A stretch of 64,000 nucleotides of DNA. It comes from Sediminibacterium sp. GTDB lineage: Bacteria > Bacteroidota > Bacteroidia > Chitinophagales > Chitinophagaceae. Numbering within the stretch: the stretch's first letter is position 1; every line of letters starts with the position of its first letter. Shown here in pieces: positions 56,128 through 64,000 of the stretch. The DNA lies in NCBI GenBank assembly GCA_049418605.1, contig JBMSJE010000003.1, forward strand, positions 2,590-66,589. The letters run 5' to 3'. The notes below the pieces were generated by a model. It was not told the DNA's origin, made no database searches, and worked only from the letters and a program-made list of their open reading frames with translations. The position numbers were made by a program, and so were the translations under genes.

Positions 56128-57438
56128 ATGGAAATGTTAGCCCCACTGATTTTTTTAGCCCTTTTGGGTACCGCAGGCTTCCTTTTTTACAAAAAGGCCA
56201 CCCTCATAAAAAAAACCATTTTACTGGGTAAATCCGAGATTCATTATGATCAACCTGGACGCAGATGGAAACAAGTATTACTGCTTGCGCTGGGGCAAAA
56301 AAAGATGTTCAAAAATCCTTTGGTTGCATTTTTACATCTCATCATTTATGCCGGATTTATTATCATCAATCTAGAAGTACTAGAAATTATCATAGATGGT
56401 ATTACAGGTAAACACCGTGTGTTTTTACCCTTTATTGGCAGCTACTATAGCTTATTTATCAATGTATTTGAGCTACTTGCTTTTGGCGTTACCGTTGTTT
56501 GTGTTATTTTTTTAGCACGAAGGAATATTTTATACATTAAAAGATTGGCAAGTAACGATTTAACAGGTTGGCCAAAAACAGATGCAAATCTGATACTCGT
56601 TGTTGAAATTATTTTAATGAGCCTGTTTTTTCTAATGAACGGTGCAGATCAAACCCTTCAAGGCATTGATCCTACGCATTATCCGTTAACATGGTCATTT
56701 ATCATTTCGAGTAATTTAGTACCATTATTAAATCAGATTTCGCCTACTACATTGATGATTATTGAAAGAAGCGCTTGGTGGCTTCACATCATTGGCATTT
56801 TGGCCTTTTTAAATTACCTACCCTACTCTAAACATTTACATATCATTCTTGCGTTCCCAGCTGCCTATTACAGTGCCTTAGAGCCAGCAGGGAAAATGAA
56901 AAACATGCCCTCAGTTCAAAATGAGGTGTTGTATGCCATGGACCCTAGTATGGCACCAACAGATGCAGCACCACCTGCAACATTTGGGGCCAAGGATATT
57001 TTTGATTTGAATTGTAAGAGCTTAATGGAAGCATATAGTTGCACCGAATGTGGCAGATGTTCAGCTGCTTGCCCAGCCACTACTACAGGTAAATTATTGA
57101 GCCCGCGTAAAATTATGATGGCTACCAGAGATAGACTTGAAGAAGTAGCGCAAAACATTCAAAAAAACACAAACTTTGTAGACGATCAAAAAACACTCTT
57201 ACACAATTATATCAGTGTTGAAGAATTAAGGGCTTGTACCACTTGCAATGCATGTGTAGAAGCTTGTCCTGTAAGCTTATCGCCATTAGATATTATTATG
57301 GAATTAAGAAGGTCTTTAATTATGGAAGAAAGTAGCGCTCCATCCGAATGGAATAATACTTTTTCAAATATTGAAAACAATTTTGCCCCATGGAAATTTT
57401 CTCCGGAAGACCGTGAAAATTGGGCAAAAGAAAACTAA
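56128..57438 (+). CDS. membrane-anchored 4Fe-4S dicluster protein (NarI/DsrM-like TM domain fused to a ferredoxin domain)
   Basis: About 5-6 N-terminal TM helices with conserved His residues, then two CxxCxxCxxxCP motifs (CTECGRCSAACP, CTTCNACVEACP). Confidence 0.8.
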   Translation: MEMLAPLIFLALLGTAGFLFYKKATLIKKTILLGKSEIHYDQPGRRWKQVLLLALGQKKMFKNPLVAFLHLIIYAGFIIINLEVLEIIIDGITGKHRVFLPFIGSYYSLFINVFELLAFGVTVVCVIFLARRNILYIKRLASNDLTGWPKTDANLILVVEIILMSLFFLMNGADQTLQGIDPTHYPLTWSFIISSNLVPLLNQISPTTLMIIERSAWWLHIIGILAFLNYLPYSKHLHIILAFPAAYYSALEPAGKMKNMPSVQNEVLYAMDPSMAPTDAAPPATFGAKDIFDLNCKSLMEAYSCTECGRCSAACPATTTGKLLSPRKIMMATRDRLEEVAQNIQKNTNFVDDQKTLLHNYISVEELRACTTCNACVEACPVSLSPLDIIMELRRSLIMEESSAPSEWNNTFSNIENNFAPWKFSPEDRENWAKEN

Positions 57439-57448
57439 TACAATACCT

Positions 57449-58228
57449 ATGAAAGTAAATACAATGGCCGAAATGATGGCCTTAGGAACGATGCCAGAAT
57501 ACTTATTCTGGGTGGGTTGTGCTGGAAGTTTTGATCAAAGAGCTCAAAAAATAACAAAAGCATTTTCTCTTATTTTAGATAAAGTAGGTATTAGTTATGC
57601 AATTTTAGGGAAAGAGGAAGCGTGCACTGGCGACCCTGCTAGAAGAGCAGGTAATGAATTTTTATTTCAAATGATGGCCTATCAAAATATTCAGGTCATA
57701 AACGCTTATGGTGTTAAAAAAATTATTACCACCTGTCCGCACTGTTTTAATACCATAAAAAACGAATACCCAGAGTTAGGAGGAAATTACGAAGTCATAC
57801 ATCATACCACTTTACTTCAATCTTTAATCAATGAAGGAAAAATTATATTAAAAGAAGGCGGGGCATTTAAGGGCAAAAAAATATCTTACCATGATAGCTG
57901 TTATTTAGGCCGTGCTAATAATATTTATGAAGCCCCTCGAAAGGTCTTAGAAGTATTAGACGCAGAACTTATTGAAATGAAAAGATGCCGCTCTAATGGA
58001 CTATGCTGTGGCGCTGGCGGTGCACAAATGTTTAAAGAAGAAGAGCCAGGTACCACCAGAATAAATATAGAAAGAGCCGAAGAAGCCGTGGCTACAGGGG
58101 CGCAAATTATTGCATCGGCATGTCCATTTTGCAATACCATGATGACAGACGGAATCAAAAACAAAGAAAAAGAAAATGAAATGGCCGTTCTAGATATAGC
58201 AGAGCTCATTGCAGAAAGCATGGCATAA
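57449..58228 (+). CDS. CCG-domain (HdrD/GlpC/LutA-like) Fe-S oxidoreductase subunit
   Basis: Two cysteine-rich CCG-type motifs (WVGCAGSF...CPHC and CRSNGLCCGAGG...CPFC). The ATG at 57449 lies 10 nt after the upstream gene. Confidence 0.8.
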   Translation: MKVNTMAEMMALGTMPEYLFWVGCAGSFDQRAQKITKAFSLILDKVGISYAILGKEEACTGDPARRAGNEFLFQMMAYQNIQVINAYGVKKIITTCPHCFNTIKNEYPELGGNYEVIHHTTLLQSLINEGKIILKEGGAFKGKKISYHDSCYLGRANNIYEAPRKVLEVLDAELIEMKRCRSNGLCCGAGGAQMFKEEEPGTTRINIERAEEAVATGAQIIASACPFCNTMMTDGIKNKEKENEMAVLDIAELIAESMA

Positions 58229-58243
58229 TTAAACTACTCAACA

Positions 58244-58741
58244 ATGAATTTTTCAATAGAAACGCACATTCCTCCCGATTTTAACGACCATGCTCGTGTT
58301 TGGATTTTTCAAAGCAGTAGACTTTTTAGCATGTCAGAAGCTTTTGAAATTGAAAGCATCTTAAAGGCCCATTGTGCCAATTGGAAAAGCCATGGCAAGG
58401 AGGTTAATGGCTATGCCAATTTGTTTTTTGGTCAATTTATTGTTGTCATGGCTGATGAAACGGAGGCAACGGTAGGTGGCTGCAGCACAGACAGTTTATT
58501 TAGAACCATCAAACAAATTGAGGCCCTTTGCAAAGTCAATTTATTTGATAGACAAATGCTTGCGTTTTTAGTAAAGGATAAAGTTGAACTATTGCCACTT
58601 GCGCAAATCAAATACGCAGTATCAAACAATCATATTAGCCCAACTACTATCTATTTTAACAATACAGTAGGCACTAAAAAAGAATTGATGTCAAGCTGGA
58701 TGATACCTATTTGCGAGAGCTGGCTTTCTGCAAGGGTTTAA
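58244..58741 (+). CDS. conserved hypothetical protein
   Basis: 165-aa ORF starting 15 nt after the CCG-domain gene. No motif recognised with confidence. Confidence 0.55.
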   Translation: MNFSIETHIPPDFNDHARVWIFQSSRLFSMSEAFEIESILKAHCANWKSHGKEVNGYANLFFGQFIVVMADETEATVGGCSTDSLFRTIKQIEALCKVNLFDRQMLAFLVKDKVELLPLAQIKYAVSNNHISPTTIYFNNTVGTKKELMSSWMIPICESWLSARV

Positions 58742-61145
58742 CAGGCTTTGTAACCACTTTATTTAATTGATAACTAATAGCAATTCGATAATTTTTTGTA
58801 TTACTTGAGCTAAATGATTCTAAATTAAAATTAGCCCCGTAAACAAAGGTTTGAAACTGCTGCTAGGTGGTAGGATCAATAATATTAATGGAAACAATTA
58901 AACGACGATCTAAAAATTTGCGCTGCACCCCTAAATTAACGGTTAAATTGCTCCTACTCCTTCCCTGTGGATCCGCAAAATTATTATAGCGTGCTGTGCC
59001 TTCAAAAGTAAGTAGGTTGCTAGGTGTAAAATTATAATTAAGGCTCGTGTAAAAAGTGGCACCGTCTCGATATTTATATAATAATTTTTCCGAAGCCCCA
59101 TATTGATTAAAAGTATATCCTGCACTACCATTCAATCGAAACTTTTTAGTAAAGGTATAACCACCCCAAGCGCTAGCTTCGTATTCACGTCTATCTGCAA
59201 TGTTTTTCCAAGTCACTTCGGTTTTACCGCCCGCTTGCAATGTTCGAATGCTATTAAAAACATCCTTTAATTGATTGTATCCAAGTGATGTATTTACATA
59301 ATACTTACCCTTTACGTAACTAAAATTCCAGTCATAATTATGCGATAATGTGGGAGCTAAATACGGATTTCCAAACCTAATATTATACGGGTCACTATAA
59401 TCGATATTTGGGTTTAGTTCACCAATACCAGGTCTTCTTATAGTAGCCCTATACACGAGCGTAGTATTCATTTCTTTTGAAAACTCTTTACGAAGGGTGA
59501 AATTTGGGAGTACATTCCAATAACCATTGTCTACATTACTGGCATTACCCTTTAAAAAAAGAAATTGCAAATTGGTATACTCAGTTTGCACTCCAAATGA
59601 TAAGCGGTATTTACTTTTAAAATTATAAGACAACCCTACTCTTGCTGTTGCAATAAGTTGATCATTGGTAAAATCATTGCTCAATACATCATTGTTCACA
59701 AACAACTGATCCGATTTACGAAAAAATTGGGTGTTCACAAGGCCATGGTACCAGGTATTTAAAATAGAAATCCCGCCATTAAAATTATGTTGCTTGGTTT
59801 TTAGGGGACGTAAAAAGTCAATTCTAAGTGAAGCAGAATTATTGTCTGTGTTAAATAATTGTCGTTGGGTAGAATCTACACCCGTGGGTTTTTTATCCGG
59901 AAATAGGAACTGCTGAAAAAATGTTCTATTATTATGGGTCGTTGACAAATTAGCATTTGCAATAAATCGAAGGTAACCCGGTCCTGTTTTTTGTTTGATA
60001 TTATAACTGCCAGAAACCACATGATTTATACCCCCTCCAACACTATGGTTGTTACGATTGCTTAAACGGTAAATTTGTTGCTGGTTATTAATATTGGTAT
60101 ACGTGTTATTAGAATTATTGTCAAATGAATTTGGATTGAGCTGATACGTGAGTGATAAAATATGCTGCTTATCTATTTCGTAATCGGCTTGTGCCCTAAA
60201 ATTAGGCCTGGAAGAATAATTGGTAAATTTATTTTGTGTATTAAAATAATTGGTAGAATCTCTGTATATATTTTCTCTTTTTGAATAACCATTACCTGTT
60301 ATGGTACTCACACCCACCCCACCATTTAAGTTTAAAACTAGTTTTTGATTTCGGTAACTGCCATTTGCGGATGTTGAAGATTCGCCCCTTGTTCCTGCAC
60401 TCACATTTACCCTTCCAACCCATCCAATTTTTCCTTTTTTAGTGACAATATTGATAACGCCTCCTGTTTCAGTTGCATACTGAGGAGGAGGCGTTGTCAT
60501 GACCTCGATTCTATCAATACTATTTCCTGGCAGGCTCTCTAACAAATCTTGAAGTTGTTGCGCATTTAAATCGGTAGGTTTATCGTCAATAAGTATGCGA
60601 GGCTCTTTCCCTTTTAATAAAATTTTTCCGTTAGGGTCATTGTTAATGAGGGGCATATTTTTTAATAATTCGGCAGTAGTGGCTCCTCCACTCAACGCAC
60701 TTTCCCCTACATTAAAAATGATTTTATCATCCTTATTTTCTATGAGTGGTTTTTCGGCATACACAATAACTTCTGAAATAGCCGAGCCAGAAAGGTTTAA
60801 TTTAATATCCCCTAAATTAAAATCGTAACGCTCCTCCCTTAAATAAATACTATCTAATGTAAGGTTAGCATAACCCACCATCGTAGCTTTTAACTTGTAA
60901 TATCCAAATGGTAAATTCAAACATTCAAAAGCACCGTTTTTATCAGATACTACCTGAAACGCCACAGCCGTGTCTGACATTTTTTTTAATTGAATACTAG
61001 CATATGACAAAGGCTTATTCGTACCAGCGTCTAGTACATTGCCAATAATAAGGCCCATCAAACGACTGGCCTCAGTAGCTGGTTTTTGGCTATAACCTTG
61101 TACACAAAAAAACAAGGCGCTGATTATGCATAAAAAAGACTTCAT
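58707..61145 (-). pseudogene. outer-membrane beta-barrel protein (paralog of 50393-53068) interrupted by an in-frame TAG at 58863-58865
   Basis: The ORF from the ATG at 61145 (signal peptide MKSFLCIISALFFCVQGYSQ) stops at the TAG. The same frame stays open for 51 more codons. Those codons align position for position with the paralog's C-terminal strands (NYRIAISYQLNK versus VLRVNFNYRFGK). Confidence 0.6.
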
Positions 61146-61231
61146 AGTATCGTTTACAAAATAAATCTTTATGTGCAAGATGTGAAATAATAAAGGCTAA
61201 TTGGTTAATTTTATATAAATAATCGGCCACC

Positions 61232-61579
61232 ATGTTAACAATCTACGGCATACCCAATTGCGACACCGTAAAAAAGAGTTTAGACTGGTTTACTAAACAC
61301 AAAATTGAATATGTGTTTCATAACTACAAAAAAGAAGGGGTAACGGCAACGCTACTTCAAGACTGGATGTCTCAACAGGATTTTACACTGATTGTAAACA
61401 CAAAATCTGCAACGTACAAGAAATTAAGCCCAGCGGATCAAGCAAAGTGCGCAAAAGCAGCTACCGCTATTGCCGTACTTCAAGAAAATACGAGCTTAAT
61501 CAAAAGACCCATTGTTACAAAGAAGGGTAAAATTATAGCCATTGGATTTGATCCAGAAACATACGCAAGCCTATTTTAA
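61232..61579 (+). CDS. ArsC/Spx/MgsR family protein (YffB-like)
   Basis: 115 aa. N-terminal IYGIPNCDTVKK redox motif. Confidence 0.85.
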   Translation: MLTIYGIPNCDTVKKSLDWFTKHKIEYVFHNYKKEGVTATLLQDWMSQQDFTLIVNTKSATYKKLSPADQAKCAKAATAIAVLQENTSLIKRPIVTKKGKIIAIGFDPETYASLF

Positions 61580-62659
61580 AATAGATGCTAGTTTTTGTAA
61601 GAGATCTTCACCCCTTAAATCTTTACCAATAATTTTTCCAGTAGGGTCAATTAATAAATTAGCTGGTATACTTTGAATACGATACAGCTGTGCAACTTCG
61701 TTATTCCAGTATTTCAAATCACTAACATGGGTCCATGTAAGTTTATCGGCTGCAATCGCTTTAATCCAACCGTTCTTATCCTGGTCTAATGAAACACCAA
61801 GTACTGTAAAGTTTTTTAACTTATACTTGTTATACGCTGCAACTACATTTGGATTTTCTTGTCTGCAAGGTCTGCACCAGCTAGCCCAAAAATCTATGAG
61901 TACATACTTTCCCTTAAATGAAGACAACTTTACTGGCTTACCATTTTGATCATTTTGTGTGAAATCTGTTGCCATAGAACCTATTTGTCCAATTTTAGCA
62001 TCACCCACAGACTTTACAATCATTTCAGAAAAATAGCCTTTTTTAGCAGCTGGCTGTAATGTATTGAAAGTAGATTCTAATTCTTGAGGTCCTGAAAATA
62101 AAGGCCCAACCGCAAAAAGGGCAAATGAACTTACAACAGAAGCAGGGTTGGCATTTGCAAATCCTACCGTTTCATTTAAAAGCACTTGCTTATAACTATT
62201 AAATAAATTAATGAGTGAATCACGCTTTGGCGATTGTGCCATTTCTGCTTGAATAAGCGGAACAATGGCGTTGAGCTTATCCTTTAAAGGAGCAAACTGA
62301 ATTCTAAATTTTTCGTAGGTCTGATGTAGTATAGACCCAGTTAACTTAATTTGATCGGGCGTAGCTATATCACCTTCTATAATTACAGCTTCATTACCAA
62401 TAAACATTTCGATGTTTATTTGAGGTGCAGCAGAAAAGGTTAGTTGTAATAGCATGCCTTCATTTACATTGCCCTTCAAAATAAAAACACCATCAGCAAT
62501 TGTTGCTGTTGCAAGCGCTTGTCCATTAAAAACATTTTTTAAAGTGGCAGCAGTTCCGTTGGTTAACCCTTTAACTTTTCCTGTAACCGTAAAATCTGCA
62601 GCAATAGCAGACTGAAAAACAAACAGGAATGATAGTGTGTATATAATTAGTTTACGCAT
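61571..62659 (-). CDS. TlpA-family thiol-disulfide oxidoreductase with an N-terminal DUF4369-like domain
   Basis: Signal peptide and thioredoxin fold with WASWCRPC. 362 aa. Its 3' end overlaps the convergent ArsC-family gene by 9 nt. Confidence 0.9.
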   Translation of the reverse strand: MRKLIIYTLSFLFVFQSAIAADFTVTGKVKGLTNGTAATLKNVFNGQALATATIADGVFILKGNVNEGMLLQLTFSAAPQINIEMFIGNEAVIIEGDIATPDQIKLTGSILHQTYEKFRIQFAPLKDKLNAIVPLIQAEMAQSPKRDSLINLFNSYKQVLLNETVGFANANPASVVSSFALFAVGPLFSGPQELESTFNTLQPAAKKGYFSEMIVKSVGDAKIGQIGSMATDFTQNDQNGKPVKLSSFKGKYVLIDFWASWCRPCRQENPNVVAAYNKYKLKNFTVLGVSLDQDKNGWIKAIAADKLTWTHVSDLKYWNNEVAQLYRIQSIPANLLIDPTGKIIGKDLRGEDLLQKLASILK

Positions 62660-62674
62660 AATAAATATTTGAGT

Positions 62675-63277
62675 CTATTTTTTGTGTCTATTTTTTAATA
62701 TTTCAATGACATCTTGCAAACTGTATCCTTTTGCCTGTAACAAAATTAAATAATGAAAAAGCAAATCAGAGGCTTCATTTAAAAACAAAAGCTCATTGTT
62801 ATCTTTTGACTCAATCACAAGCTCTACTGCTTCCTCACCTACTTTTTGCGCTATTTTATTGATTCCCTTTGCAAATAAAGATGCTACATAAGAAAGATCA
62901 GGACTTTCGGTTTTACGGTTGGCAATTACGGTTTCTAAATACGTTAAAAAATGAGCGGCATTATTCTCTTCACCCCAACATGTATCAGTGCCTTTATGAC
63001 AAGTAGACCCAACTGGAATTACTTTTATTAGCAGGGCATCGGCATCACAATCAAGTAACATTTCTTTGAAATTCAAAAAATGGCCACTTTCTTCCCCCTT
63101 CGTCCAAAGCCTATTTTTAGATCTACTAAAAAAAGTGACTTTTTTTGTGGAGAGGGTTGCTTCAATAGCAGCTGCATTCATAAATCCAAGCATTAACACC
63201 TTACTTGTTTCAATGTCTTGAACAATAGCTGGCACGAGTCCATCCGAGTATTTTGAAAAATCAATATTGTCTAACAT
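62675..63277 (-). CDS. hisIE: bifunctional phosphoribosyl-AMP cyclohydrolase / phosphoribosyl-ATP diphosphatase
   Basis: 200 aa. HisI motif (WTKGEESG...DCD) followed by the HisE helical domain (EEAVELVIE...EASDLLFH). Confidence 0.95.
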   Translation of the reverse strand: MLDNIDFSKYSDGLVPAIVQDIETSKVLMLGFMNAAAIEATLSTKKVTFFSRSKNRLWTKGEESGHFLNFKEMLLDCDADALLIKVIPVGSTCHKGTDTCWGEENNAAHFLTYLETVIANRKTESPDLSYVASLFAKGINKIAQKVGEEAVELVIESKDNNELLFLNEASDLLFHYLILLQAKGYSLQDVIEILKNRHKK

Positions 63278-63298
63278 AATTGTTGGTAAATGTAAAAA

Positions 63299-64000
63299 TT
63301 AAAGCCTAATTGGCAATCCTTTGTCTAATAAAAATGATTTTAAAGCATGTACTTCAATTTCCTTAAAATGAAAGATACTTGCTGCCAAGGCCGCATCTGC
63401 TAAGCCTTTTGTAAAAACAGCCTCAAAATGCTCCATGTTTCCGCCACCCCCCGATGCAATAACCGGAATAGAAACCGCTTTTGAAACAGCAGCTGTAATA
63501 TCTAGTGCAAAACCTGCCTTGGTACCATCATGGTTCATCGATGTTAAAAGAATTTCGCCAGCCCCGAGGCTAGCGGCTTCCCTAGCCCATGACAAACAGG
63601 TTTTATTCGTAGGCACTGTTCCACCATTTAAATAAACATACCATTCACCATCCGCCTCTTTTTTGGTATCTATGGCTACCACGACGCACTGACTCCCAAA
63701 TTCCTTTGCCAAGCTTGCGATTAATCCAGGATTTTTAAACGCAGCGGAGTTAATAGCAATTTTATCAGCACCATTTTGTAATAACACCCGTACATCATCA
63801 ATACTAGCAACACCTCCACCCACTGTAAATGGAATATTAATAACGCCAGCAATTTTTTTTGCTAAATCCGCGAGGGTTTTACGTTTTTCGTTGGTTGCAG
63901 TAATATCTAAAAAAACAAGTTCATCAATACCAGCAGCTGCGTAAAAAGCGCCCAGCTCGACAGGATCACCAGCATCACGGATATTTTCAAAATTGATACC
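63299..64000 (-). CDS. hisF: imidazole glycerol phosphate synthase cyclase subunit, 5'-truncated by the window edge
   Basis: The frame stays open beyond the ORF-track Met (63823) to the window end. The upstream translation reads [36 protein letters not shown], typical of the HisF N-terminus. Confidence 0.95.
   Translation of the reverse strand, partial: GINFENIRDAGDPVELGAFYAAAGIDELVFLDITATNEKRKTLADLAKKIAGVINIPFTVGGGVASIDDVRVLLQNGADKIAINSAAFKNPGLIASLAKEFGSQCVVVAIDTKKEADGEWYVYLNGGTVPTNKTCLSWAREAASLGAGEILLTSMNHDGTKAGFALDITAAVSKAVSIPVIASGGGGNMEHFEAVFTKGLADAALAASIFHFKEIEVHALKSFLLDKGLPIRL

Noticed and set aside
58863-58865. The in-frame TAG might reflect stop-codon reassignment or programmed read-through.
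   Set aside because: TAG also terminates pheA, rluD and the small lipoprotein ORF at sensible positions, so a reassigned TAG is unlikely. A nonsense mutation or sequencing error is the simpler explanation. Read-through cannot be excluded from sequence alone.
1-64000. Searched by eye for CRISPR arrays, transposases or IS ends, integrases, toxin-antitoxin pairs, restriction-modification genes or other defence genes.
   Set aside because: None was found. All long ORFs have plausible housekeeping or envelope functions, and no regularly spaced direct repeats were seen.

Overview
The window looks like an ordinary chromosomal segment of a low-GC Bacteroidota genome. Lineage evidence: TAnnTTTG-type -7 promoter boxes, little use of Shine-Dalgarno sites, a UpxY/NusG paralog, a TSP3-OmpA, DUF2723, and carboxypeptidase-regulatory-domain outer-membrane barrels. 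Gene density is high and almost everything is housekeeping. Content includes nitrogen assimilation (gltB partial, gltD, amtB), priA, and a roughly 9 kb minus-strand aromatic amino acid supraoperon (pheA, aminotransferase, tyrA, DEAD-box helicase, DAHP synthase/chorismate mutase, aroB, aroA, aroC). It also holds an ECF sigma module, envelope and glycosylation genes, tRNA-His, two paralogous outer-membrane barrels, an Fe-S membrane oxidoreductase pair, and the end of a his operon (hisIE, hisF partial). I found no CRISPR array, transposase, integrase, prophage or recognisable defence system. The best second-look items are all below the ORF-track size cut-off or non-coding. (1) A textbook four-segment leader-peptide attenuator whose 29-codon leader has 9 aromatic codons out of 10 (WFSFYYYYFF), directly upstream of pheA. 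(2) A mirrored pair of ECF-type promoter motifs (TGGGTTAC-N15-sGTAT) driving an ECF sigma / anti-sigma-serine-protease fusion in one direction and an unannotated 58-aa repeat lipoprotein in the other. (3) An in-frame TAG that cuts the last conserved beta-strands off an outer-membrane barrel. All functional calls rest on reading the translations and motifs by eye; no database searches or folding computations were run.
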